Origin: an uncultured Selenomonadales bacterium
Lineage (GTDB): Bacteria; Bacillota; Negativicutes; Selenomonadales; Selenomonadaceae
Direction: 5' to 3'
NCBI GenBank assembly: GCA_946403735.1
Contig: CAMJAZ010000001.1
Location: 1-24,196 of the forward strand
Length of the DNA: 24,196 bases
Shown here one piece after another: positions 7,495 to 19,400 of the stretch (within the stretch, counting starts at the first letter, position 1; each line of letters begins with the position of its first letter). The position numbers and the translations under genes were made by a program. The notes beneath the pieces were generated by a model. That model was not told the DNA's origin, did not search any database, and saw only the letters and a program-made list of their open reading frames with translations.

Positions 7495-10400
7495 ATGAGT
7501 ACATTCCAAAAAAAATTTCGACGCGCAAATTTAGGGGTAAAAAAATTTATTTCAATGCTGACTACTGCCGCATTATTTGCCGCTCCAGCTATTGTAAATG
7601 CGCAGGAAATTACTAAAACTGATTCGGCAAATGCAGGCACTATTACGACAAACGGTAATGTCACGAACATTTTAGCCGATAGAATGGTGAACGATACCAC
7701 CGCTATTAACCAATTTTCAAAATTTGATTTGGACGCGAATAATATTGCCCATATGCACTTCGGCACGAATATTAATTCTACTAACGCCGATACACTTGTA
7801 AATTTTGTTGACAGTCAAGCAAATATCAATGGCATTGTCAACGCCGTACAAAACGGACAAGTGGGCGGCAATTTGTATTTCATAAGTTCCGAAGGAATTG
7901 CAGTTGGCAGTTCAGGCGTTATCAATGCGGGCAAAGTTGGTCTCATCTCGCCTACCAATCAAGCGTACCAAGATTTATTAGACAATGCGCAGAATATTAC
8001 TGACTCCACTTTCAACGCGGAAAATATTCAAAACGGTTTGATTCCGCTGAACTACACGGGTTCAATTACGGTTGAAGGCAATATTAACGCTACAAACGGA
8101 ATAACGCTTGCCGCCGCTAATATCGACATTAAAAGCGGCACTACTCTTGTAAATAGCTCGACTATAGATTATTCTAGTATCGTCAACGTGACTGACGCGC
8201 AGGGAAATGTTCTTGTCGATTCGGGATTAAATCGCAACAATATGGCGGTTACAAAAGATTCAGAAGGAAATTTAACAATCGTTGCCAGGTTAGACAATAA
8301 TTCTGTTAAATCTCAAGGAAGTCTTACTGACACGTTGGGAGTTAATCTTTCTACGGACATTGAGCCTTTAACTGCAAAAATCAATATCGAAAAAGACGCG
8401 AAAATAATTTCTGACAGCGACGTTGATATTAAAAGTGATTTTAACCGCGCAGAAGGTAGAATTGCCGATTCAATTAACCGATCCTTTAAAGCTAATGTTT
8501 CAATCGACGGCGAAGTTAGCGGCAAGAACGTCAACATTTCCGCGAACGTTTTGGACGATTACAAATTCACCAGTCAAGTCAACACAGTTAATACAAATTC
8601 TGATGACGAAGAAAATACCAATAACAAAGAAGTTATTGAATCAGTCGCCCAATATCTAAACGTTCCGTCCCTTCTTGAAATGGCGCACGTTTCCAACGCA
8701 ATGGTTTTGCGTAACGATTCGGCTGAAGTCAATATCGGTGAAAATGCCGCAGTAAAGGGGCATGATTTGAACGTTGCCGCTGAAAGTACTTTCAACGCAA
8801 ATTTAAATTCCAATGCCGCAGTGGGAAAATCTTCCGCCTCTGCCGTAACCGTCAACTATTCGCAAAATAATTCCAACGTCAACATAAGTAGTCAACTTAA
8901 CGCTACTGGCAATATGTCTGTAGTTTCAAACGCCGTTGCAAATTTAAATTCCTCCTCTGCCGTTGACTTGACGCAAAAAGAATCTTCCGCCATAGCAATA
9001 GCTGGCAATGTTGCTCTTACTTAAAATGCCGCCGCGTTGAATTTAAATTCTACGTCTAGGCTCAATGCGAACGGCAATTTAAATATATCTTCAAAAAGTG
9101 AAACACCCACCGACATTTCAAATAACGTCGACACGGTTGGTGACGGTTTAACGGCAATTGGCGCTAACTTTTTACGGCAAACAAACTCTTCCAACATTAA
9201 AGTTGACGGCGATTTAAACGGTTACAATGTTTCTGTCACGTCTGAAAACTTATTGCCGACTTACAAAGTCAATTCGCACATTGAGACTGTAAATTTAGAC
9301 GACATAAACAAAGATGATAAAGATAATAAATCGCAGGGAAGTTTCATAGCGTTCAACACCAACATAGCGTCGCCTGAAAATTCTTCCCACATTGAAATTG
9401 CAGACAACGCGAACATTACGGCTAAGGGAGATTTGAAAGTTACTTCAAACATAGTTATGGATGACCCGCAGATTGGCGCACTTATCGTGACTAATACCGA
9501 TAATAGCGGCGGCGAATCTCTTTCAATCAATCCTGCTGTTTCGACTGCGCAAATTAAAAATGATTCGTCCATTATTACGACTGCCGCTAATCTTCAAGGC
9601 TCAACCGTAACGATAAATTCCAATGTCAATGTTGATAATGCACGGTTAAAGAAACTTAAACAAGACGTTCAAGACCTTTATGTCGACGTTAAAAATTATT
9701 TGGGCGATAGTGAATAACTTAAAAACTTTTTTAATTCGTTGACTGATACTGATTCAGACGAAAATATTTTGACGCAAGCGACGACTGCTGCTGATATTAT
9801 TGAACAATTAAAAGCCAAAAGCGGCGCTGGCGAACTTGTAGACCGCGCAGAAAAACTTTTTGACACGGTCACTAGCGCACATAAAATCGCCAACTACTAC
9901 GCCGATAAAGAACAAATTGCGGGTAGCACTTCAAAAGATAATAAAAAATCTTCCTCATCTTTGTCAATGACGACGGTTGTTGAGAATTTGGACAATACCT
10001 CTCAAGTCTTTATCGGCAAGAATACTGAAATTACAAGCGACAATGACGCTGAAATTTCTTCAACTATTAACCAAGTTGACATTGCAGTAAGCGGACATAT
10101 CAAGCCTTCAAATGAGTCAACGTCGACGGTTGATGCGGTCGTCAATTACTTTACCGCCAATGCGGACAATATTGTTGCGGTTGCTGAAGGTGCCAAGATT
10201 ACGGCGGGTAAAAAACTTGACGTTAAAGCAAATAACAACATCAACCACATAATTTTGAATGACGGTTCTGGCAAGGAGTCTGGAAATTCTGTACACGCGG
10301 CTGGAACTGTTAGTTATGCAAATGGCGAATCGCTTGCGCTGGTTTCCATTGACGACGAAACGAATTTGAATGTAAGCGGCGCTTTAAATGTTAATGCGAA

Positions 10401-13400
10401 TAACAATACCAATCTTTTAAATGCGGCGGGCGGTCTTGCCGTATCAAGCGGCGCGGCTGGTATAGGTGCAAGTGTTGCCGTTAATAATTTTGACGTAAAA
10501 ACTTTAGCGAAGGTCGGCAATAATGACATCGGCGAAAGTTCTGAATTGGTTTCACTGCTCCATTCAAAAATTGATTCGCCAGAAAAATTTTTTTGCACTG
10601 CTGAAACAACCACTTCTAAACTTCTTAACGCAAAATCTATATGCGTTAAAGCCGTGACGGATGGCGCAATAAATTCTTTGAGTATCGCGGGCGGTCTTGC
10701 TACTTCGGAAGATAATAAAAATTCCTCCGAATCTTTGGGCAACAACGCCGCGCAGTCTTCAGGTACAGGATCTAAGATTTCCTCCGCTATGGACACTTTC
10801 AGAAACTATTTCACGTCTGATGAAAGCGGTGAAGACGGCGGCATTTTCAAAAACACGCTGAATAAATTTATCAAAAGTGAAAATGAAGATACTGGCGGCG
10901 AAAAGCCTTCAAACACTTCCATTCCTAAAATTTCTGAACTGGCGAATATTTTCAATTCGGAAAGTGCTGACCTTGAAAGCGGTTCAAATTCCGAATCGCA
11001 GTCATTTAAATTTACTTTTGACGGCGCGGGTTCTGCGTCAATAAATCTCGGTAACAATCGCACGGAAAGCGGCATTGAAAATACTAACGTCACTTCTCAA
11101 GGCGACATTAACGTTAAAGCTACCGATGACGGTTTTATAGGTGCATGGAGCGGCGCGGGAGCATTGAATTTCCGCAAACAACAAGGCAACGCCTCCAATA
11201 ACTCGTCAACTTCCGTCGGTATGACTGGCGCCGTTGCGTTGAATAAAATTGAAAACGCCGTTATTTCTGGGCTTAGAAATAATACCATAAACGCAAATTA
11301 TAATTCACTTACAAATACTGCTGAAAAGACGGGTGCTTTAATTGCCGCTGCACCTTCGCTTAGTGTTCAAGCGTCTGGCGGTGAAGGTAAGAAAAACTTT
11401 TCTGGCGCGGCATCGGCGTCGGTGTCCATTGCTCAAAATACGGTCGGCGCTGAACTCGTCAACAATAATACTCAAAGATTATCATCTTTAATTAACAAAG
11501 CTGAAAATCGTGATACGCAAATAGTCGGCGGAATAAATCTTTCCATTGCAACTGGCGGCAATAAAGGTACAGCAGTCGGCGGCTCGGCAAGTTTTGCGCA
11601 TTTGAGAAACGATATTCACGCGACGATTGACAAAGGATATTACCAAGTTTCAGGTGATTTTGCCAATACCGCAACGACTTCAACCAATCAGATAGTCGGT
11701 TCAGTCGGTGTATCAGTTGCAACGGGTACTGAATCAAGCTACGGTTTTCAAGGCGTGCTTGCTTACAACCGCGTTGAAAATAAAGACTACGCTACGATTA
11801 AAGGTGCTACTATTAATGCAAGCGGAAAATTTGACAACCTAGCGCAGGATTTCAAAGTTGAAGGCGATAAAAAGCACGACGCCTTCTTAACAAAAGCTGG
11901 CTTAGATGTAAACGGTCAAAGTTATGCTGACGAATCGTCCGTTTCAAAGACTGATGAAACTTTGAACGTTGCGAAAAATCAAACTTCAAATGAAAGTGAC
12001 GCTCAAACTTTTGACGCTGAAAGTTCCGAAAATAAAACAAACACTTCACATTACGGAAATAAAATTATCACGGCGGCATTAGCCGTTTCTGCAAGCGGCG
12101 ACGGTTCTGGTATGGCGTCATTGGCTATAAGTGACGTTGACAACGATTTTGAATCCGTCATTGAAGGCAGTGAAATAAGCGGCGGCGATACTCCTAAAAA
12201 TATTCACGCTGAATCAAATACGCTCGATATAAACGCGGCGGCTGGTGCGGCGGTAAGTTCTAAAGGTTTTGGCGCTGGCGGTTCAATAAGTTGGCAGACA
12301 ACTGACAATACCGTTAAAGCGGGTATAGATTCTACCGTAGGAAGAAATTCTGGTCTTTACATAAACTCCTTGTCAAATGCTTTTGAAGTAAACGTCGCTG
12401 GTCAACTTTCTGGCGGCAAGGGAACAGCTGTAGGTTTGGCATTGGCTTACAACGCCTTGAATGATTCGACTGACGCTTTCATTAGAAACGTTGACTTTAC
12501 AAAAGGCAATTTTGGTAGCGGCAACATTAACGTCAACGCCGAAAGTAAGGGCGCAGTTTATGCAGTCGGTGCAGGGGTCGGCGTATCGACAAATAGCGCG
12601 GCTCTAGGCGGTTCAATAGCCATAAATCGCGGTCACAATTCAACCAACGCCTTTATCGACAATGTAAACTTGGTTGACAATTCCCGTAACACGAATATAA
12701 ATGTAAATGCACGTGACAATATAAACAAGCTGGCAGTAGTCGGCAACTTGCAAGTTAGTGGAGGCAGTGCGGCAGTTGGTGGCGCTGTTGCTTATAATGA
12801 CGTTGGAATTTCAAATTCTCGACAAACTACCAATGCTGAAATTAAAAATTCAAATCTGCAAGGACTTAAAAGTTTGTCCGTCGCCGCTGATGACAATTCG
12901 GAATTAACGACAATAGGCGTTGGCGTAGGTGCGGCGTCGAAAGGTGCGGCAGTTCAAGGCGCGGTAGCTGTTGCCACAATCAATAAAGATGTTGATTCGT
13001 TAATCAGCAATTCAACTATCAACGCGGATGGCTTGACGAAAATAAATTCTGCAACGTCTGAAGATATTACTACTTCTGCAGATGTACTTGCCTTGAATTT
13101 AGGAACAGGAGCGGCAATAGGCGCTGGCGTTTCGATAAACAATGACGATACAAAAACTTCCTCCAATGTAAAATCTTCAAGCGTAACTGGCAACGGCTTA
13201 GAAGTGCTTGCGGCTAACAATTCCGCAATTTTGAATGTCGGTATAGGCGGTTCAGCTGGCGGTACAGGTGCGGCAGTTACAGGTTCAGTTGCAGTCAATA
13301 ACATTTCAGGTAAAACGTCCTCAATCGTTGACGATTCGCAGATAAATTCTACTGGCAATAATAATGTCGTGGTTGACGCGCAGAGCGATGAAAGAATTTC

Positions 13401-16400
13401 CAACTACGCAGGAAGTATTTCATTTACAGGTACAGGCGGCGCAGTTGGCGTATCTGTTTCACGCAATAATATTACGTCGGAAACAAATGCCGAAATTACG
13501 GGCGCAAATTCTTCTGTAACAATTAACCGCAATGGGGACGACTACAAAGAAACTTCCTTGAAAAATTTTGTAGACGACAGCGCGATTGTTAATGAAGATT
13601 TTGCGAAAAAACTTTTTGATACAAAAAATAATGTTTCCGATAAAGACGACAGCGCAAAAAAAGATGCGGCGCAAAAAGATTCTGAAGGCATTGGCAGTGT
13701 ATTCAGAGCTAGGACGGGGCTTTCAGATTCAAGACAGGCTACAAATTATCGCGGCGTAGTTGTTTCTGCAAGTGGCACGCATACTTTAAAATCGTTGATG
13801 ATAAACGGCGGCGCGGCAGGTACAGGCGCGGCAGTCAACGGTACAGTCAACATTAACAAAATAGGCGGCTCAACTAATGCTGTTATTGACGGCGCAGAAA
13901 TTTCAGCATCAAGTGATGACGTAAATGTTGTAGCTCACGACTACACAAACAGTATTGGCTTAGTTGGTACGGCTAATGTTGCAGGTACAGGCGCGGCGGT
14001 AGGTCTCGGCAATGACAGTGAAGATATTACACGCGCGGTAAATTCTTCCGTCACGGGACAAAATAGAAATAATGGCGATATTTACGTAAATAATCTTAAC
14101 GTCGAATCAAAAGGGCGGCAGGGTATAACATCTTTAGTCGCTGGAATTTCAGGAGCAGGTGTTGGCGCGGGATTGTCAAATTCAACTGGCGTTTATCTGC
14201 TTGACGCAAAAACTACAGCCGCTCTCAACAATGCCAACGTTAAAAATAATTACCTTAGCGTACTTGCTGACCACGATTCAAAAATCAACACGTTAGGCGC
14301 GGCTATAGGTTTCAGTGCAGTAGGTGCAGGAACTGGTTTAGGCGTCGAAGTTTTAAAGGAAACGGATAAAACGTCCTCCGAAGTGAAAAATTCCAATGTC
14401 AACTATTTAAATTCAACGAATAATCTTGACATTAAAGCCGTCAACAATACTAAGCTGAATTATGAAATTTTTGACGTAGGTGTTGGAGTCATCGGCGTTG
14501 GAGCGGCGGGAAGTGTCGGCGTTGCCAATGTGCAGAATAATGTTTTGACGAACGTTGAAAATTCCACGTTCAGCAACATCAATTCTGTCAACATTAGCGC
14601 GGAAAATAATTTAGACTTCGACAATTTTGCATTTACTGGCGCGGCAGGACTTGGAGGAATTGGCGTTGGTGTTGCAGTCAATACCGTTGATTCGCTGATA
14701 AAAACTAACATTGACAATACATCCATTCAAGCAGAATCAATTTCTGTAAGTTCAACAGAAAATCGTGACTTCAACTAAAAGGCGGCGGCTATTGGTGCTG
14801 GCGGTGTTGCGGCGTCTGCCAACGTTATGGTCACGAATATCGGCACGGAATTAGCGGACAACTACGAATCAGCGGCAAATGCTGGTTCTAGCGATAAAGA
14901 CGGCGCGCAAGTCAACATAAATGAAAAACTTTCAACCGCTAATGATGCAACTTCCAAAAACAAATTAAGCGGCAATTTTGGCACAGATAATCCTGCTAAC
15001 GGCTTGAATGTTTCAACGTCGGAAGTTACAGCCACAAAAGGCGGCAGTGCAGAAAGTTTGACTTCGGGCATTGAAACGACGATAACAAATTCCAATTTTA
15101 AAGCAAATACCGTAGACATCAACAACAGCGCTGTAAATGAAGTGGTAATGGACGGCAGAAGCGGTGCAGTTGGCGCAGTTAGCTTGAATGGCGCAGTAGG
15201 CATTTTGAACGTAAGCAAAAATTCCGCCTTGAATGTAACCAACACGAATATAGCTTCAGCGAATGATATTTCCATAAGAAATTCTGTAAGCGGTACAACG
15301 GAACTTAATATAACGCAGGGCAGTGCAGGAGCTTTCGCGGCAAATGTATCTTACGCGGCGCTTAATTCAAGCGGCGTCGATAAAGTTAATATAAGCGGCG
15401 GCAATTTCACGGCTGGCAGTTTCATTAACGTTATTAACGCTGATAATTCCCAAAACAACGTTAATTCTGTTGGCGTAGCATTAGGAGCTGGTGCCGCAGG
15501 TGTTTTGATTGCCGAAGGTAAAGTTGACAGTTCAAACAGCATAGTTATTAATAATAGCGCGTCGTTTACTACTACTGGAAAGGAAATTACGCTTGACGAT
15601 GGCGAAACTTACATAGACAGTAGCATTAACATTCAAGATATTAACGGCACGCCATTAAAAGTTGAGGCGCAGGCAGTAACTGGCGGTACACTTTTCGCGG
15701 GAACTGGTATTGCGGCAACGGCAAGTACAAACGGTTCTGCAAACGTTGAGATTGGCGACGGTGTTAAATTCAATTCTAAAAGTCTTAGCATCAACGCAAT
15801 GAACTTTTTGGACACGAACGCCATAACTTCAACAACATCAGGCAGTATGCTTTACAGCTCATCACTTACTGGCGTTAAAAATCAAATTGGAAGTTCCGCA
15901 GATAATCCCTCTGGCACAAATATTAAAATAAATGATAATGTTTTCCTCAACGCTGATGAAGTCAACATTTCTGGACTTGTAATGGCGAGACAAAATTTAG
16001 ATATGACTTCATTTAGCGCAGGAGCGAATGCCAAAGGGAGCAAGTGAAGGTAATTTAAATTCTTATGTAAACTCCAATGTTGAAATTGACACTGTAAATT
16101 TCAAGGAAAATAGTTCAATCAAAATAGATTCGCAAGCAAATGTTTCACCTGAAGCAAAACTGCGCGGCTTAACTGTTGGATTCGTGGCAAAAGGCAATGA
16201 AGTTTTAAACTCTAACAGAAATGTTTCTTCCAATGTAACATTAATCGGAAATAATTCATCGGATCGACCTAATGACATTTCAGTTAATGCGCAAACATCT
16301 TCTACGCCTATGTTTTCAGTAAACGGTGACGGCGGTGGATTAGTTTCAGTAAGTCCTAACGCGGCAGTACTCAAAGATAATTCTACAATGTCTGCTACTG

Positions 16401-19400
16401 TAAATCTTGGCGGTAACTTGTCGGCGGCAGATACTTTTAACGTCAAAGCCATAAATTTTGACGGCGGAATTTTAAATGCAAATGCGGCTGGAGCGGCAGT
16501 TGTTGGAGCAAGTGCTGTACAACTTAATCGAACTCAAGACGCCTCCGCGCAGATTAACCTTGACGCAGGAACGCAGATAAAAACTGGCGGCAAGCAAAAT
16601 TATACGGCTGAAAATCAAATTGAACTTAATGAAGAATTAACAGCAGGCGGATTCGGTGGACTTTCTGGCACGGGCTCTGCTATGACATCTAATTCAACTT
16701 ACAGGGCTAACGTCAATATCGGTACAGAAAATGGCGATCAAGTTGTAATGTCAACCAGCGGCGACAATTCATCTATTTCAATCGACGCCCAAACTACTGG
16801 CAGTATTGAAACCAAAAATAAACTTGACGCTACAGGAGTTGTGGCACTGGTCATAGCTGGCAGTGGCTTTAACACCAACATTGAAAATAATATCAACGTC
16901 AACAATGCAACTTTGCAGACGAACGGGAAAAATTCTGATATTTCTTTCGGCGCAAGCGAAAATGTTAAACTGCGTTTCTTGACTGCCGCAAATCTTAACG
17001 GCGGACTTGGCGGCGTTACATATGCCGATACACAAAACATATTAAATCGCACGAACAAAATTAATGTAAATAACGGCGCGAACATTAACAGCAGTCGTGA
17101 CGTAAACTTTTACGCGGACGCCGATTCTTCAGGCAACGATACGAATTTAAATTTAAGCGTATTATCAGACGCCTACAACAAAACTATTGTTCCACTTACC
17201 ACTAAGCCCGTACTGAAAAATTCCATGACTGAAAACAATCAAGTCATTGTCAACAGTGGCGCGACAGTCAATAGTACTCGTGATATAAACTTTAGGGCGA
17301 CAATCGGTGATGAAACAATCGTTGAATCTGCGCGGGAATATAACAGTTACACGGGCGTCAGCGGCAACGGCTCACTTGTATCAACTGCGCTCGGTGAAAA
17401 AAGTTCCAGTGAGACTATCAACAACTTTGTCGAACTTAACGGCAACCTTACTGCTGGCGACCACAACGAATTAGATATTGTCATTTCAAATCAAAATGGT
17501 GTTGACACTTCCAAAGCCTCAAATGTCGTGAATATGAAACCAGTTGTAAGCGTCAACAAAGGAGCGGAATGGTTTTCAGCAGACCAAGTCAATGGCGGCA
17601 ATAACAGCACGATAAAAAATCCTTTCCTTGAAGATTATCAAGCCGCTATTTCTGCCATGCAAAATTATCTGCCTTCATCTGATTCTTACAAGGCATTGAA
17701 AGCACAAGCTGATAATCTTGCTGAATTGATGGTGCAATATGGATTCGCTGAAAAAGGTTCACACAATGACTACAGGATTTATGAAAGCGCAATGCTTGCA
17801 ACTGTCAGCGTACCAAAAATTGCATTGGGCGGAGGTTCAATCAACGTCGAAAGTTCCCAACTCAAAGGTACTGGCAACCTTAAAGCGCGTTCAGCTGTCG
17901 GCGTCAATATAAAAAATGAAACGCCACTTACTCTTGATATTCAAGGTATAACAATGTCGGGAAAAGGCGGAGGAATTATTTTCAACGGCGGCAGTGTCAG
18001 CAAAGACGGTACAAACTTCAAGACTATTGACAGCGATTTAACGGGCAAACTTCCCGTCGTCAATATTGAACATACTGGCAAAAAAGTTTCCGAACTTAAA
18101 CCCGATGTTTTAATCTCTGGCAACATTACCAATACAACCAGCAATGTAAAAATTTCCACTGATAACGGCTCTGTTGATGTTATGAGCAATATCGTTGCAG
18201 GTAGCGGCGTGGAAATACTTGCTCCTAACGGCGGATTTATGCTTAACGATTCAAAGGGACTTTATAACGTCGGTAGCGATCCTATAACTATGTTCACTTT
18301 CGGCAATAAAAAAGTTTCTGATGAATTTGAAAAAGCTATCGGAATGAGCGTAAATAATACAAGTTGGAACACCTACGACGAATACTTAAGATTTATTTTC
18401 GGCAAGTTGGATAACGCAACTAAACAAGAAACAGGTTCGTCAACAGACTACAACACGTGGAGCAACAATATTAAATCAAAATACGGTCCGCGCAGTTCAA
18501 CAGATGAACCGCGTGCAAGTATCGTCGTCAATGGACCTGTCAGTATTGTTGCAAAAGATATTAACGTGAACGGCTTGATTCAAAGTGGATTCGCAAATTA
18601 CAACGGAAAAATTGACAGCAATAAATTTTCTTCTAGTACAAATTCCCTCAACTTAAACTATCAAATCAATAAAGTTCTTTTTGAAAAAGACCTCCAAACA
18701 TACGCCAAAGCTTATGCTAGTTATTCCTTTATGTCTTTTATAACCGAACAACAATTTATCAGAGATTTTCAGTCAAAAATAAAAACTTACAGTCCCACTC
18801 AAATGGCAGACTGGATAAGCCAACAAATTGGCGACCGTTCATATCAAGCAAGTAGACTTCTTTCAAATGCGAAGAGTCAAATTGACACTGTCACAACTAA
18901 AGTTACGCAATCAAATACGCTGAAAGATTCTGAAGTAATTGGCAATGAAAAATATCTTGTCAGTTCCGCAAATGATAAGACGTGGAATTCAAACATTAAA
19001 GCTTACGACGGCAATATAAATATTTATTACAATCCTTCGACAAAACATTTTCTTACCGATGAACTCAACGTAAGCGGCGGAATTGTCTATCTTAAAGGCA
19101 ACATCATTTCAACTGGCGGCGGAAGTATTGTTGCGGCTAAAGGCGCGGCAGGTATTAACATTGACACGAGCGGTAATAATTCAGATTTATATCTTGGCGC
19201 GATTAACAATTCAGACCGCGCAGGACGTATAACAATTACCGATACCGCCAAAAATTCGCTGAATACAATTTTCAACAATAACGACGAAGCTAGAAACGGT
19301 TACAATCCCACTAGAAATTCTGCGTACAGTTGGACGGGCGGCATAAGCTATACTACTGCCGTTTCAAAACAATATTCGGACGACTCCACACTTTGGGGAG

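Noticed and set aside
5940-14778. TAA reassigned to an amino acid, given four in-frame TAA codons in TpsB/TpsA
   Set aside because: TAA is the normal stop of every intact gene in the window, and the same genes also carry frameshifts that recoding cannot repair.
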